From: Lama glama
Taxonomy: Eukaryota
NCBI GenBank assembly: GCA_028534125.1
Contig: CM052817.1
Coordinates: 29,328,001-29,392,000, forward strand
Length of the DNA: 64,000 nucleotides
Direction of reading: 5' to 3'
Below are positions 26,435 to 38,229 of the stretch, one piece after another. The notes beneath the pieces were generated by a model. The model did not search any database and was not told where the DNA came from. It saw nothing but the letters and a program-made list of their open reading frames with translations. A program made the position numbers and the translations under genes. Numbering within the stretch: the stretch's first letter is position 1; each line of letters starts with the position of its first letter.

Positions 26435-27748
26435 GTTTGCTAGTATTTTGTTGAGAATTTTTGGATTTATATGTATAGTGGATTTTGGTCTGACGTTTTC
26501 ATTTATTGTCTTGTGTTTGTTTGATTTTTGTAATGGTGGTCTTATAGAATGAGCTGGGTAGTGTTTATTCTTTTTCAAATTGGTTTTTGAGGGAGAGTTT
26601 ATGAAGGTTTGGTATTAATTCCTTAAATATTAGGTAGAATTCAACAGGGAAGCCATTTGATCTTGGACTTTTCTTTTGGGTAGTTTTTTAATTGTTAGGT
26701 TCAATTTCTCTACTTTTTATGAAACTATTAAGTTTACTATTGTCCTTGAGTAAAGTTATAGTAGTTTGTATATTTACAAAAGCCTACCCATTTCATCTAG
26801 GTTATCTACTTTGTTGGCATGTAATCTTTCATAACACTGACTTCTAAACCTTTTTTTTCTTTAAGATTTTAGTAATAATCTTGGATTTTTTAAAAACTTA
26901 TTTTTGCTTTTAGCAATTTGAGTCTGTTTTTCTTGGTCAGACTAGCTAAAGGTTGAATGTAGTAGATCTTTTTGATAAACCAACTTGTAATTTCACTGTT
27001 TATCTCTGTTGTATTTTCTATTTCATTTGTGTTCATTGTAATATTCATTATGTCTTTACCTTTGCTTTCTTTGGGTTGAATGTTCTCTTCTACTTTCTTA
27101 AGAAATAGGTTAGGATATTGTTGTAATACTTTATACATCTTTAAATATAAGCATTTTGGCTATGAATGTCCCCTAGCCACTGCCTTACCTGAATCTAATA
27201 CATTTTGGTATGTGTTTTATTGTTTGTTTGTTTTCATTCATCTCAAAGTATTCTATAATTTCCCTTGTGATTTCTTGCTTGACTCATTTATTGAGGAAAG
27301 TTTTCAATTTCTACATATTTGTCAATTTATCAAATTTCCCTCTTATAATTTCTAATTTGGCTATAAAATATACTTTATATGATTTACATTCTTTTAAATT
27401 TATGGAGATTTCTTTATGGCCTAACATACGTGGTCTACCCTGGAGACTGTTCCATGTGCACTTGAGAATAATTTGTGCTTTGCTGTTGTTGAGTGGGATG
27501 CTCTGCACATGTCTGTTAGGGTTAGTTGGATTTTATGTTAAGTCTTCTATTATCTTGCTGGTCTTCTGCCTAGTTATTTTATCCTTATTGAAAATGGTAT
27601 TGTGGTCTCCAACTATCATTTTTGAATAATTTACTTCTCCCTTCAATTTTATTTTTGCTTTATATATTTTGGAGCCGTAGTCGTAGATGTGTGCGTCTGT
27701 GTATATCTATATCTATGCACCCATACACACACACACACAGACACAGAC

Positions 27749-27787
<39 letters not shown>

Positions 27788-28110
27788 TGTTTATAATTGT
27801 TATAGCCTCTTGATGGGCTGAACTTTTTCATTATGAAATATCCTTCTTTTTCTCTGATAACAATTTTTATCTTAAAATCTGCTTGTCTGATACTATTGTA
27901 GGCATTTCAGTTATCTTTTGGTTACTGTTTGCATGGTATGTGATTTTCTGTCCTTTTACTTTCAAAGTACTTGTGTTACGTATGTCAAGTATGTATTGTG
28001 GACAAAATATAGTTAAGCCAATGTATTTTTAAATTTACTATCTCTGCCTTTTAATTCTAGAGTTTAATCCATTTACATAAGGTAGGTTTTACATCTGCCA
28101 TTTAACTGTA
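26435..28110 (-). mobile_element. L1MB-type element, segment 3 (ORF2 N-terminal/EN region)
   Basis: 'NINENVRPKSTIHINPKILNKILAN'-like remnant (26354-26578) and 'RMLGHKEISINLK' (27311-27508); (CA)n(TA)n at ~27724-27788. Confidence 0.85.
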
Positions 28111-29685
28111 GGTTTTTTTAAGGTTTTATTTTGTAAGAGCAGTTTTAGGTTTACAGTAAATTTAGAGGCAGGTGCAGAGATTTTTCCAAATTAACTCTGC
28201 CCCCCTATATGCATAGCCTCCCCCGTTATTAACATCACTCACAGAATGGTACATGATTTGCCAAGGATGAACCTACATTGACACATCATAATCACCCCAA
28301 ATGTATAGTTTACCTAAATGTTTGTTCATGGTGTTGTACATTCTATAGGTCTGAAAAAAGGATAATGACATGTACTCATTACAGTGACATACGAAGTATT
28401 TTTACTGCCTTAAAGATCCTTTGTTCTCTGCCTATTCATATCTCCACCCTCTCTCACCTCTTGCTATCAACAGTGTTTTTATTGTCTCCATAGTTATGCC
28501 ATTACCAAAATAACACATCATTGGAATCATACAGTATGTAGATTTTATAGATTGACTTCTTTCATTGAATAATATGCATTTAAGATTCCTCCATGTCTTT
28601 TCATGGCTCGATAGCTCATTTATTTTTAGCAGTAAATAATATTCTATTGTCTGCATGTACCACAGTTAATTTATCCATTCACCTACAGAAGGATATCTTG
28701 ATTGCTTCCTAATTTGGCAGTTATGAATATAGCATCTATAAATGTGTATGTACAGGTTTTTGTGCGAATATAAGTTTTCAACTTCTTTGGGTAAATATCA
28801 AGGAACACAATTCCTGGATTGTATAAGAAGAATATATTTAGTTTTATAAATAAAAGCCAAATTGTCTTCTGAAATGGCTACACCTTTTTTTTTTTTATTT
28901 CTCCAAGTAAAGTATGAGAGTTCCTGTTGTCCATATACTCACCAACATTTAGTGTTATCAGTGTTCCAGATTTTGGCCGTTCTAATATGTGTGTAGTGGT
29001 ATCTCATTTTAATTTGCATTTCTCTGATGACATATGATGTGGAACCTATATTTTATGTGCTATTTGTTATCTGTATATTTTCTTTGGTGAAGTGTCTGTT
29101 AAGGCCCTTTGTTTAATCTGATTGTTTTCTTATTGATTTCTTATATTTCTTTATGTATTTTGAGTAACAGTCCTTAATCAGATGTGTCTTTTGCAAATAT
29201 TTTCTCCCAGCCTGTGGCTTGTCTTCTAATCTCTTGACATTGTCTTTCACAGAGTAGAACTTTTTAATTTTAATAAGATCTATCATATCAGTGACTTCTT
29301 TAGTAGATCATGTATTTGAAGTTGTATCTAAAAGGGCATCACCATACCTATGTTATCTTCTAGGATTTTTATAGTGTTGAATTTTCCATGAAGGTCTGTC
29401 ATGCATTTGAGTTACTATTTGTGAAGGATGTAATGTCTGTGTCTAGATTTATATATATAGTTTTGGCATGTGGATGTCCAGTTGTTCCAGCACCATTGTT
29501 GGAGAGACTATCTTTGCTCCATTGTATGGCCTTTGCTCATTTGTTAAAGATCAGTCAACTGTATTTATGGGGGTGTATTTCTGAGCTTTTCTGTTCTGTT
29601 TTATTGATGTATTTGTTTATTAACCAATACCATACCATCTTGGTAACTATACTATCTTGGTAATTATAGCTTTATTGTAAGTCTT

Positions 29686-29824
29686 TTTATTAATTATTGT
29701 ATTATTTATTTTATTTTGGTTGGCAGGACGTAATTTATTTTTAGAGGTCGTACAGGGGATTGAACTCAGGACCTCAACAATGCTAAGCATGAGCTCTACC
29801 ATTTGAGCTATCCCCTCCTCCCAA
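29686..29824 (-). mobile_element. tRNA-derived SINE (camelid Vic-1-like) with 16-bp TSD
   Basis: TSD ctttattgtaagtctt at 29670-29685 and 29825-29840; antisense B box 'gggattgaac' and A box 'ccatttgagcta'. Confidence 0.93.
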
Positions 29825-30678
29825 CTTTATTGTAAGTCTTAAAGTTGGGTAGTGTCATTTCCCCAAATTTGATCTTGTTCTTCAATATTGTGTTGCCAAT
29901 TCTGATTCTCTTGCTTCTCCATGTAAACTATAGAATCAATTTGAAAATTGAACTGATTTATTTTCATAAAATAACTATGCTGGGATTTAGATTGGGATTG
30001 CATTGAGTCTATAGACCAAGTTGGGAAGAATTGACATCTTGACAATGTTGAGTCTTTCTATGAATATGGGCTATTTCTCCATTTATTTAGTTCTTCTTTG
30101 ATTTTATTCATCAGAGTTTTGCAGTTTTCCTCATACAGGTCTGATGGATATTTTGTTAGATTTATACCTAAGTATTTCATTTGTGAGGGTGCTAATATAA
30201 GTGATACTGTGTTTTTTTGTTTCAAATTCTACTTCTTCATTGTTTCTAGCTAGAAAAGTGACTGGCTTTTGTATATTAAACTTTTATCCTGCTTGCAATA
30301 ATTAGTTGAAGGAGTTGTTTTTTTTTTTGGCAATTCTTTTTAATATTCTATGTAGCCCTTCATGCTATCTGCACACAAAGATAGTTTTATGACTTCCATC
30401 CTAATCTGGAGACCTTTTATTTTATTTTGTTGCCCATTGCATTAGTAAGTACTTCTAATAAGTTGTTTAAAAGGAGTGGTAAGAAAGAATGTCTTTGCTT
30501 GGTACCTGATCTTAATGGAAAAGCTTCTAGTCTCTCACCACTAAGGATGATGTTAACTATAGTTTTTTTTTGTGGATAGTCTTTATCAAATTGGGGAAGT
30601 TTCCCTCTAATCCTACTTCCTGAGAGGTTTTATTTTAAATGGGTGTTAAATTTTGTTCAATGGTTTTTCTGCATTTAT

Positions 30679-30852
30679 ATATTTTTTTCCTTTGGGACAC
30701 AACAGGGAGAAGGACACATATAGACTGAGAGTGAAAGGATGCAAAAGGATATTCCATGCAAATGGAAAAGCCAAAAAAGCAGATGTAGCAGTACTGATTT
30801 CAGACAAAATAGACTTTAAAATAAAGGCCATAAAGAAAGATAAAGCAGGATA
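30679..30852. mobile_element. 174-bp L1-derived insertion: inverted ORF2 endonuclease fragment with 15-bp TSD
   Basis: TSD tttttctgcatttat at 30664-30678 and 30853-30867; + strand translates to KDTYRLRVKGCKRIFHANGKAKKADVAVLISDKIDFKIKAIKKDKAG, a well-preserved L1 EN segment; short T tract at the left end. Confidence 0.9.
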
Positions 30853-32579
30853 TTTTTCTGCATTTATTGATATGATTATTTTATTTTTTTTTTAGTCTGT
30901 TAATCTGATGGATTAATTAATTTTCAAATATCGAACCATCCTTTTAAATCTGGGATAAATCCCATCTAGTTATGGTGTATAATTCTTTTTATACATTGCT
31001 GGAAATGTTTACTTTTTAATAATCTATTATATTTGCATGTTGGATGATTACTATCTTATATCCATGACCAGAATGTCTTTTTTAAGACTATATAATGGAA
31101 GCCAAACCCATTGTCACTTCAATTTTAATTTTGTCCTTTTCCTTTAATTTTATACTTCTGTGATTCATGCCTTGTTCAATGTAATATCCTGTCTTCTTCT
31201 TTGGTTCCTCTTTTGTGCACATAGAAACACCTGTTGGTCACACATAGTTCTATGGTCTGTCTTATTCCCGTAGATTGTAGTTTTCAAAGAGACACATATG
31301 CCTATCCTTAGCCTGAACATAAATGAAACAGCTCCATTTCAAACGACATGAAATGTGGAGGGTTTCAAAAATTATATCTACACTCAAAATTGACAAAACT
31401 ATTTTAGTGTACTCTTTTCAAGTAATGTAAAATAAACTTCTGAATTAAAGTATTATTATATGATCATGAAAATACTGAAAAGAAAGAAAAGAATTTCATT
31501 TAAAGTGGACACATGCAGAATTTTTTGCTTGGAAAATTCATAAATATACTTCAGAAATAGACTTCTAACATGGAAATACATAAATTCCATTTATATGTAA
31601 TTATATATATACACAAGTATTTCAGGAAAATAGGTACTGTGTCCAGTCAATTATTGGTTGATTTCAGCTTACTTCTCTTTCTAATTCTAGAAAGAGATTT
31701 CCACTCTGAGTGTAGTGTTCAGTGAATTCATAATTGCACAGTTGACCTCTTGGGTTCATGTTCTTGAACATGTGTCAGTGTAGGCTGGAATAATAAGTGC
31801 CTGCATTAATGCTCTTCATCTCTTCCTTAATGTGATTTAAATGCATTCTGTTTATATTGGAATAAAAACATGTCACTCGCTATTGAGTATGTCAGTCTGA
31901 AAATGTAGCCTGGGTTATAATTCATTTTCAGGTGAAAGCAATTCCAGCTCTTCTGAGCACAGAGAGGCAGCTTGTCCTCTTGTAACCATGGAGACCTATC
32001 ATGGGTTTAGGACTTTAACTTGTGTGCTCTGTAGCAGAAGAAAATAGCTCTGGGAAGATCACAGAAGCCACGGTTGGGCCTGTAGGGAGGGAAGTGTTAG
32101 ACATGCACACTCAAGGAATTACAGATTCACACGCTTTAGATTTAGTTCTGGTATTTGGTGCTTTAGGTTAACTCTATTCAAAATTAGCCAAAAAAAAAAA
32201 AAAAGCAAAAGATAGCAAATTGAACAGTTACAGCATTATTCAAGTAAGTACATTTTAAAAGAGAGTTGATTTCTTTCCTAAGACTATCTGCAAACTGATA
32301 ATCTTCACACCAATTTTATTTTTTAAAATATTTTAAAATAGAGTCCTTTCTCTGTGGTACAAGTCACCATATGATTTCACTCCTGCCACCATTTCTCCTT
32401 CCCTATGTCTTTTTACCTTACATCTGCTCTTGTCTCTGCTTACATTGCTTTTTGCCCAGTTATTTACATTTCATCTCCCCTCTGCTCCCATCAACCTTTG
32501 TCATATATACATATATATATATATACACACATGTGTATATAAATACGGATATATAGATATATATATATAGGTATATATG

Positions 32580-32745
32580 CTGATTATCTGACCTCCCAAT
32601 TCCTACCGTATGCCTAGAATATAAGCTTCTAAGGGAAAAAATACCTTGTCTGTTTTACTCACTACCTTATCTTTAGCACTTAGAACAATGCTTGTCATGC
32701 AGTAGATGCTCATAGATATATGTTGACTAAATGGATGAAAGAATG
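32580..32745 (+). mobile_element. L2 3' end
   Basis: 'ctagaatataagcttc..aggg', 'agcacttagaacaatgcttgtcatgcagtagatgctca' and 'aatggatgaaagaatg'. Confidence 0.85.
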
Positions 32746-33249
32746 TAATGTCTCCATTAACCTTTGATTGTAATTGCAATACTGTGCAGTCAGGTTAAAG
32801 TGAAACCCATCGGTTTCCCAAGAGTTTTCGAACAGGGTGTTGTTAGGAAAACAAAAATGATGGTAAAAATTATTTTGTGATATCATAACAACTTTGAATT
32901 GTAAAATTGGGATAGAAAAGCCAACCCCCCAAAATAATTCGCTAGATGGGCGACAACTTTCCAGTAAACAAATAAGTAAACCTGACGTTAATTATGCCAG
33001 ATCTTGAAAATATGGTAAATTCCAGCATTTTAAAATACCTGCAACAGAGAACATACTTTTATGTTTGTGGATATCTCAACCTAATCCAACTCCTTTTCTT
33101 TTACAACTTTAGCTTCAGAAGGATTTTAGTGTTTCTCTTACAGTCACAGACATTAACTCAAATATTCAGTCTTAAAATTTCGATGACTTATCTTTACTTA
33201 ATCCTTCTTCCCGATTAAATTGGCGATCAAATCATACATGTCTCAATTT

Positions 33250-33725
33250 GTGGCAGAAATTACTAATTACACAACCTGATGCCACTAAAAAACCCAATTT
33301 TAGTTTCTGCCTGCAGGACTATATTTCCAGCTTTCCCTGCAGCTAATGGTGGCCACATGGCCAAGTTCACACCTGAGGAGATGTCACTGGAAGTTCTGGT
33401 GCCTTCTGGGAAGCTTGTTTGAAAGGAGCTGACTCAGAGGAAAAGACATCCTTTTTGTACTTCTTCTTTCTTCCCCAGGCCTGCAGTGAGGATGTTATGA
33501 TGGAGACCCAGTCACCATCTTGGGGAAAATGAAGGTAGGAGCCAATAGGAATGGTAGTACAGAAACTCAGGGTCCTCTCAAGACTCCTGGAAGTTACTGT
33601 ATTAGTTCTCGGGTGTTACTAATGTTCTTCTTTTAAATGAGAGACAATTGAACTTCTGTCATGGGTAAGCCACCCTTATTTTAGATTCTGGTTACACTAA
33701 CTCAATTCCAATCCTTACTGACACA
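33250..33725 (+). mobile_element. MaLR solo LTR (MLT1J-like)
   Basis: Begins tgtggcaga and ends ctgacaca; 'gactatatttccagctttccctgcagct', 'ggccacatggccaagttc' and 'ggagctgactcag'. Confidence 0.8.
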
Positions 33726-33729
33726 CACC

Positions 33730-34265
33730 TCACAAACGATCCTCTTCATTCTATTGCCATCTTGCCACTGGACAATCATAATAGTTTTCTATATTGTCTC
33801 CCTGCATTCATTCAGTTCTTCCTATACATGCTGCAAACTGATTTTTCTTAATCTTGATTAGTGCGTTCAGCTCAAAAGCCTTCAATAGCTTACTTTTGCC
33901 AACATAATAACATACTGCCTTCCTTTGACACTTAATATTTTCTGTATTGTTGAGTCAACCTATCTTGCACACCTTCGCTTCCTCCATTCCTGCTATTTGC
34001 CCTGCATTCTAACCACAATGAACTATGTCTTTATTCCACCTGATAGTCTGTCACCTGACAACGGTTGCTGTATCCAGAGCCAAGTCTTGACATGCCCATG
34101 CTTTCCTCTGTTTCTCTTTATTTCTCCTGTAGTACTTATCACGTCCTAGCTAATATTTTGATTATTGGTGTAAATTTTTTGAGTGTAGTGGTTCTATTTT
34201 ATTTAGTTTTGAATATGCCATGGTGCTCAAGAAGTAATTATTCAATAAATAGATGAATGGACCAA
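33730..34265 (+). mobile_element. L2 3' portion
   Basis: 'ctcaaaagccttcaatagctt' and terminal 'attcaataaatagatgaatgga'. Confidence 0.65.
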
Positions 34266-34952
34266 TAGATGGATACTGACCATATTTCTTTTCAGGTTCC
34301 TCACTTCAGTTCACTCCCTGATTCCAACACTGGCAAATCTGTTGTACTTGAAACTATGGTAGAATCTTTATTGTTTTCTCATTAGTTGCCTTGACTCTAT
34401 TTCACTGTGATTCCTAAATGATTTTCTGAGATAAAGAGCAGTTGAGTGTTCATAAAGTACACTTTTCTTCTCTCAGTGGAAAACCCCATTACACTGAAAA
34501 GAATGTATGCTCATGCATGCTGTCTGCTTGTTTCTGTTGAAAGAAGAACAATGAAGTGTCGGGAAGACTAGGAAAATTGAGACGTGTATGTGATTTTCCA
34601 AAGACCATTATGGATTCTTTGTACTTTTGATTTGTTACTTAGAAGAAAAAGGTTTTTTAATCCTTTACTCGAATAAGAAATAGGGCATTTCTTCAGCTTA
34701 TTGAATCCTTGTTTCTCCCTCTTGCATAGTTATATCCTATGATTTATCTGTAACCTTAATATTTGTAGCAACCAGTACTTACATGACACAATTCAGACAC
34801 TCAGAAGTACCCAGGCTCATGTGGTCTTCAGAATAATCTGATGAGGCAGAGGAGGAAATTTATGTACAAACTTATGAAAGAGGAAACTAAAGGTCTGAGA
34901 GGTTCTAATACAGCTTAAGTCACATACATACAAGTGACAAAGGACACAGGTG

Positions 34953-35093
34953 TTTTTGGTTTTATTTTCTTTTGTTTGTTTGGGGGTAAGGTAATTAGGT
35001 ATATTTATGTATTTAGTGAAGGCACTGGGGATTGAACCCAGGACCTCACACATGCTAAGTATGCACTCTACCACTGGAGCTACACCCTCTCTC
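34953..35093 (-). mobile_element. tRNA-derived SINE (Vic-1-like) inserted in a MIR remnant
   Basis: 'ggcactggggattgaacccaggacctcacacatgctaagtatgcactctaccactggagctacaccctc'; MIR core 'gaggaaactaaaggtctgagaggtt' upstream (~34880); degenerate TSD aggac...ggtgttt. Confidence 0.9.
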
Positions 35094-35309
35094 AGGACTT
35101 GGGTGTTTGATTTCTAGTCTAAAGTCCTCCTTTGCATTTCTACTTTCTTATTCAGGTCTGCAGTGAAGCCATTCTTTCTTTTTCACTTTCAAAAGAAGTG
35201 GTCATATAACCAAGATTAAATTGATCAGACATGCATATCCACTATATCTGTTTATATTTACAGCAATAAACAAAGAAAATGTCTTGCTTTTTCTTTTTGA
35301 ACCTACCTT

Positions 35310-36245
35310 TTCTCACCACTTTCTATCCCCTGCCAGCTCTCACCCTGGCTGCAGGCGCCATGGTGTCTCCCGTCAATCACTGTGAAAGCTGCTTTGCACT
35401 CCTCCCTGTTTCTGCCTTTGCCCTACCACAGTCCACTCGCTAAGCATCAGTGATCATTATAAAAGTAGATTATTTTAAAATAATTGTTTGGTCAGAGTGA
35501 TCATTTTAAATAAGTCAGGTCATGTCATTCCTCTGGTTAAATCTCCAAGGTTTTGGGGTGCCGGACAAAATGCAGAACACTTAACTTTGAGTTTAAGGTA
35601 AACAACACATCATATTTTAGACATAGGTTTGTCCCAAATATTGTATGTAGCAAACTTATAATAAAATTATTTGGGTAGTTTTTTAGTATAAGTATGTCCC
35701 AAATATTGCACAGGACATGCTTATACTAAAGTATATATTTATTGTTTATCTAACATTGATATTTAAATGCGTGTTTGTCTATTTATTTGCTGCATCTGGC
35801 AATTCCACGTGGGCTCCCATTCTCTGAGAATATAAGCAGACTTCTTATTACATATGGTCTCAAGCCATGGGGGAGGCCTCCCTGATCTCTTTGCCTCTTA
35901 TTACTCTTGCCTTCACTCTGCTTAGTGTTTCCTAACAGGGCAGACACTTCTGCTCTAGAGCTGTTGTTATGACTGCTCTTTCTATCTAGAAGCTACCCAT
36001 GTCACCCTATTTAATATGCAAACCATCCTCTGCAAAGCATTCCTGACCCCCCCTTTCTCTTTTCTGTAGGACTCATCTCCTTCTAGGGTCTACCTTTATT
36101 GGGTTTATTATTTATTGTCTCCTTTTCCTCGCTTGAAAGAGAACATTATGACTGCAAGGATCTCTGTTCACCATTGTGCTCCAACCATTTATAGGTGCCT
36201 GGCACATAGAAGGCACTCAGTTACTATATGCTGAATGAATTACTA
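35310..36245 (+). mobile_element. L2 fragment interrupted by MER53
   Basis: 'taagtcaggtcatgtcattcctctg' before the MITE; 'gtgcctggcacatagaaggcactcag...tgctgaatgaat' tail after it. Confidence 0.8.
35555..35806. mobile_element. MER53 palindromic hAT MITE with duplicated central core
   Basis: Termini 'ggggtgccggacaaaatgcag' and 'atctggcaattcc'; core 'tagtataagtatgtcccaaatattgcacaggacatgcttatacta' present twice (~35615-35672 decayed, 35682-35730 well preserved). Confidence 0.88.
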
Positions 36246-38191
36246 ATAAAATATAAGGATGCAAGAAATGCAAATCAAAAATTGAAGAGCAACCTCAAAT
36301 GCAATAGGGAGATGATGGAATGTAGGTACTTATGGATCAAAAATAAAAGCTAAAACATCACATTCCATTTACAGCCTATTTATAAACTTATTTGTGAGAA
36401 GATATGTTCTTATGTAAGATAAATGCAGACCAAAATTTTTTCCATTAAATGTGATAAGTACTAGTCTGGATACTGCTGTTGCCTAAGTGCATCATACTTT
36501 TGTTACAGGTTATTTTCTGTTGGCTTTTTAGAACTGAAGTGTTTCTGTATGGCTCTATTGATGTCAGTAAAATAACAAAAATCTTCAAATGAAGACAAGA
36601 GAACAATGGACTTGACATTTCCACTGTAATCTCCTATTTACAAGGGTCAACATTATCTTTCGGGGCGAGCGTAGCAGAACAGTCTGTACTAAATGTTGCA
36701 GCTTTCAGAAAGCCCACTCTGTGCTCAAATGTATTCGCACCCAGTAAAATGTTATCTCATTCATGTCCTAGATTTTAGGTTTCAGTCCTAAAGATTAGAC
36801 AAGTTTCTTTGAAAAGCTTGCAAAGGAAGTTAAAGTTTCCACAGTGTTGATGAAGCCAAGAGGGAAAGAAAAAATATGTAACTGATCTGTTTCTTACAGA
36901 GCGAGGATAGGTTGTTAACATCGCTTAGACACAAAACCGACTATACATTTGTCAAAAGTCAGCCCACTATTAGGGGAAACTGAGGTGTTCAAAAATAACC
37001 AGTGTACATCCTGTATCAGTTCCTTCTTGTAATTATCAGATGCAAAATTATAGGCCATAACTAATGCAAATATGTTGATACGCAAAATAGATTGATGAAA
37101 CAAGGCTGGATGAGAGAATGGAAGCAGAATGTTTAAGTGGAAACACGAGTGTTTTCTAAACTTGTTGTGACATTGTCTTTTACTTTTGTAGTTAAAATTG
37201 TAAAGTAATACAAAGTGAGAGCTGGGGGAGAATGCGACAGGGGCTGTGGTACATGGCCATTAGATCTCAAAGACTTGTCTGGCATGAGGCAAGAGTGAAC
37301 TTCCCTAGAAAGAATTCTAGACTTGCTGATCTTCCTGAACAAGGTAAAGGCAGGCCAGCTTCAGAGACGGTGGGGAAGGAAAATGACTTTCCAACCTGAC
37401 CGATCTAATGAAGGCCTTTTATTTCTCTTTTAGAAGGAACACAAATGATGTTTTCCAGCTCTATAAAGTTCAAGTTACAGTGATTTTCACTTAAAACTTT
37501 TATCAAAAGACTCAGAATTAGCAACATTGGCTGAATTTGAATTACTGAAAGGGAATGAATGACGTAAGAATCTTAAATAATATAAAATCATGGTTATGAT
37601 ACATATCTAAATCTCTGTCTCTGGACATATCTTTTTGTCTTCAGAAAAAATTGTTCTTTTATCACAGACAAAATAAATCTCGTAGTTTGATGTTGTCATG
37701 AAATTGGGGTAGCTGTAAGCACAATTATTTAATAGTTATCTTTTTGTTATGGATAAAGCACTTTTACTTGGGAAAACCATAACCCACAGTTTCTTTGCTG
37801 GAAAAAAATGAAGGCCGTGAACTAGACTTCTAAGTTAACTTCTCTTCTTACAAGGCTACTTTATTTGTATTAGGGCATTTCTTTTATTGTGTTTATAAAG
37901 CAAAATACAACCATTAGTAGAGATTAGGTTTTAAAATGATTTAGGTTTAAAAAAAGACCTTCTTGAATATTAGAAATAGTGAAGTTTCAAGAAAATAAAT
38001 TATAAAACACTTGAGGGATATGTTGTAAATGCATCTCATTTAAGAAAAGTTAAAATATAATTTGCAAGTTAAAGGAAGAAGGCTTTTTTTAATTAGAAGG
38101 ATAGAGAGAAATAGAAACATACCATGTTGTTTTTAATAAAAAGTGTAATTACCTACTGAGCAACAACTGCAGGGATTCCCTGCTATTATCT

Positions 38192-38193
<2 letters not shown>

Positions 38194-38226
<33 letters not shown>
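38194..38226 (+). repeat. (CA)n microsatellite
   Basis: Perfect CA run of ~16 units. Confidence 0.97.

Positions 38227-38229
<3 letters not shown>

Larger units (their letters stand above)
28118..31005 (-). mobile_element. L1MC1-like element (3' UTR and ORF2), ~2.9 kb
   Basis: 'agagcagttttaggtttacagtaaatt', 'gatgaacctacattgacacatcataatcacccc' and 'cctccatgtcttttcatggctcgatagctcattt'; carries two younger insertions. Confidence 0.9.
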
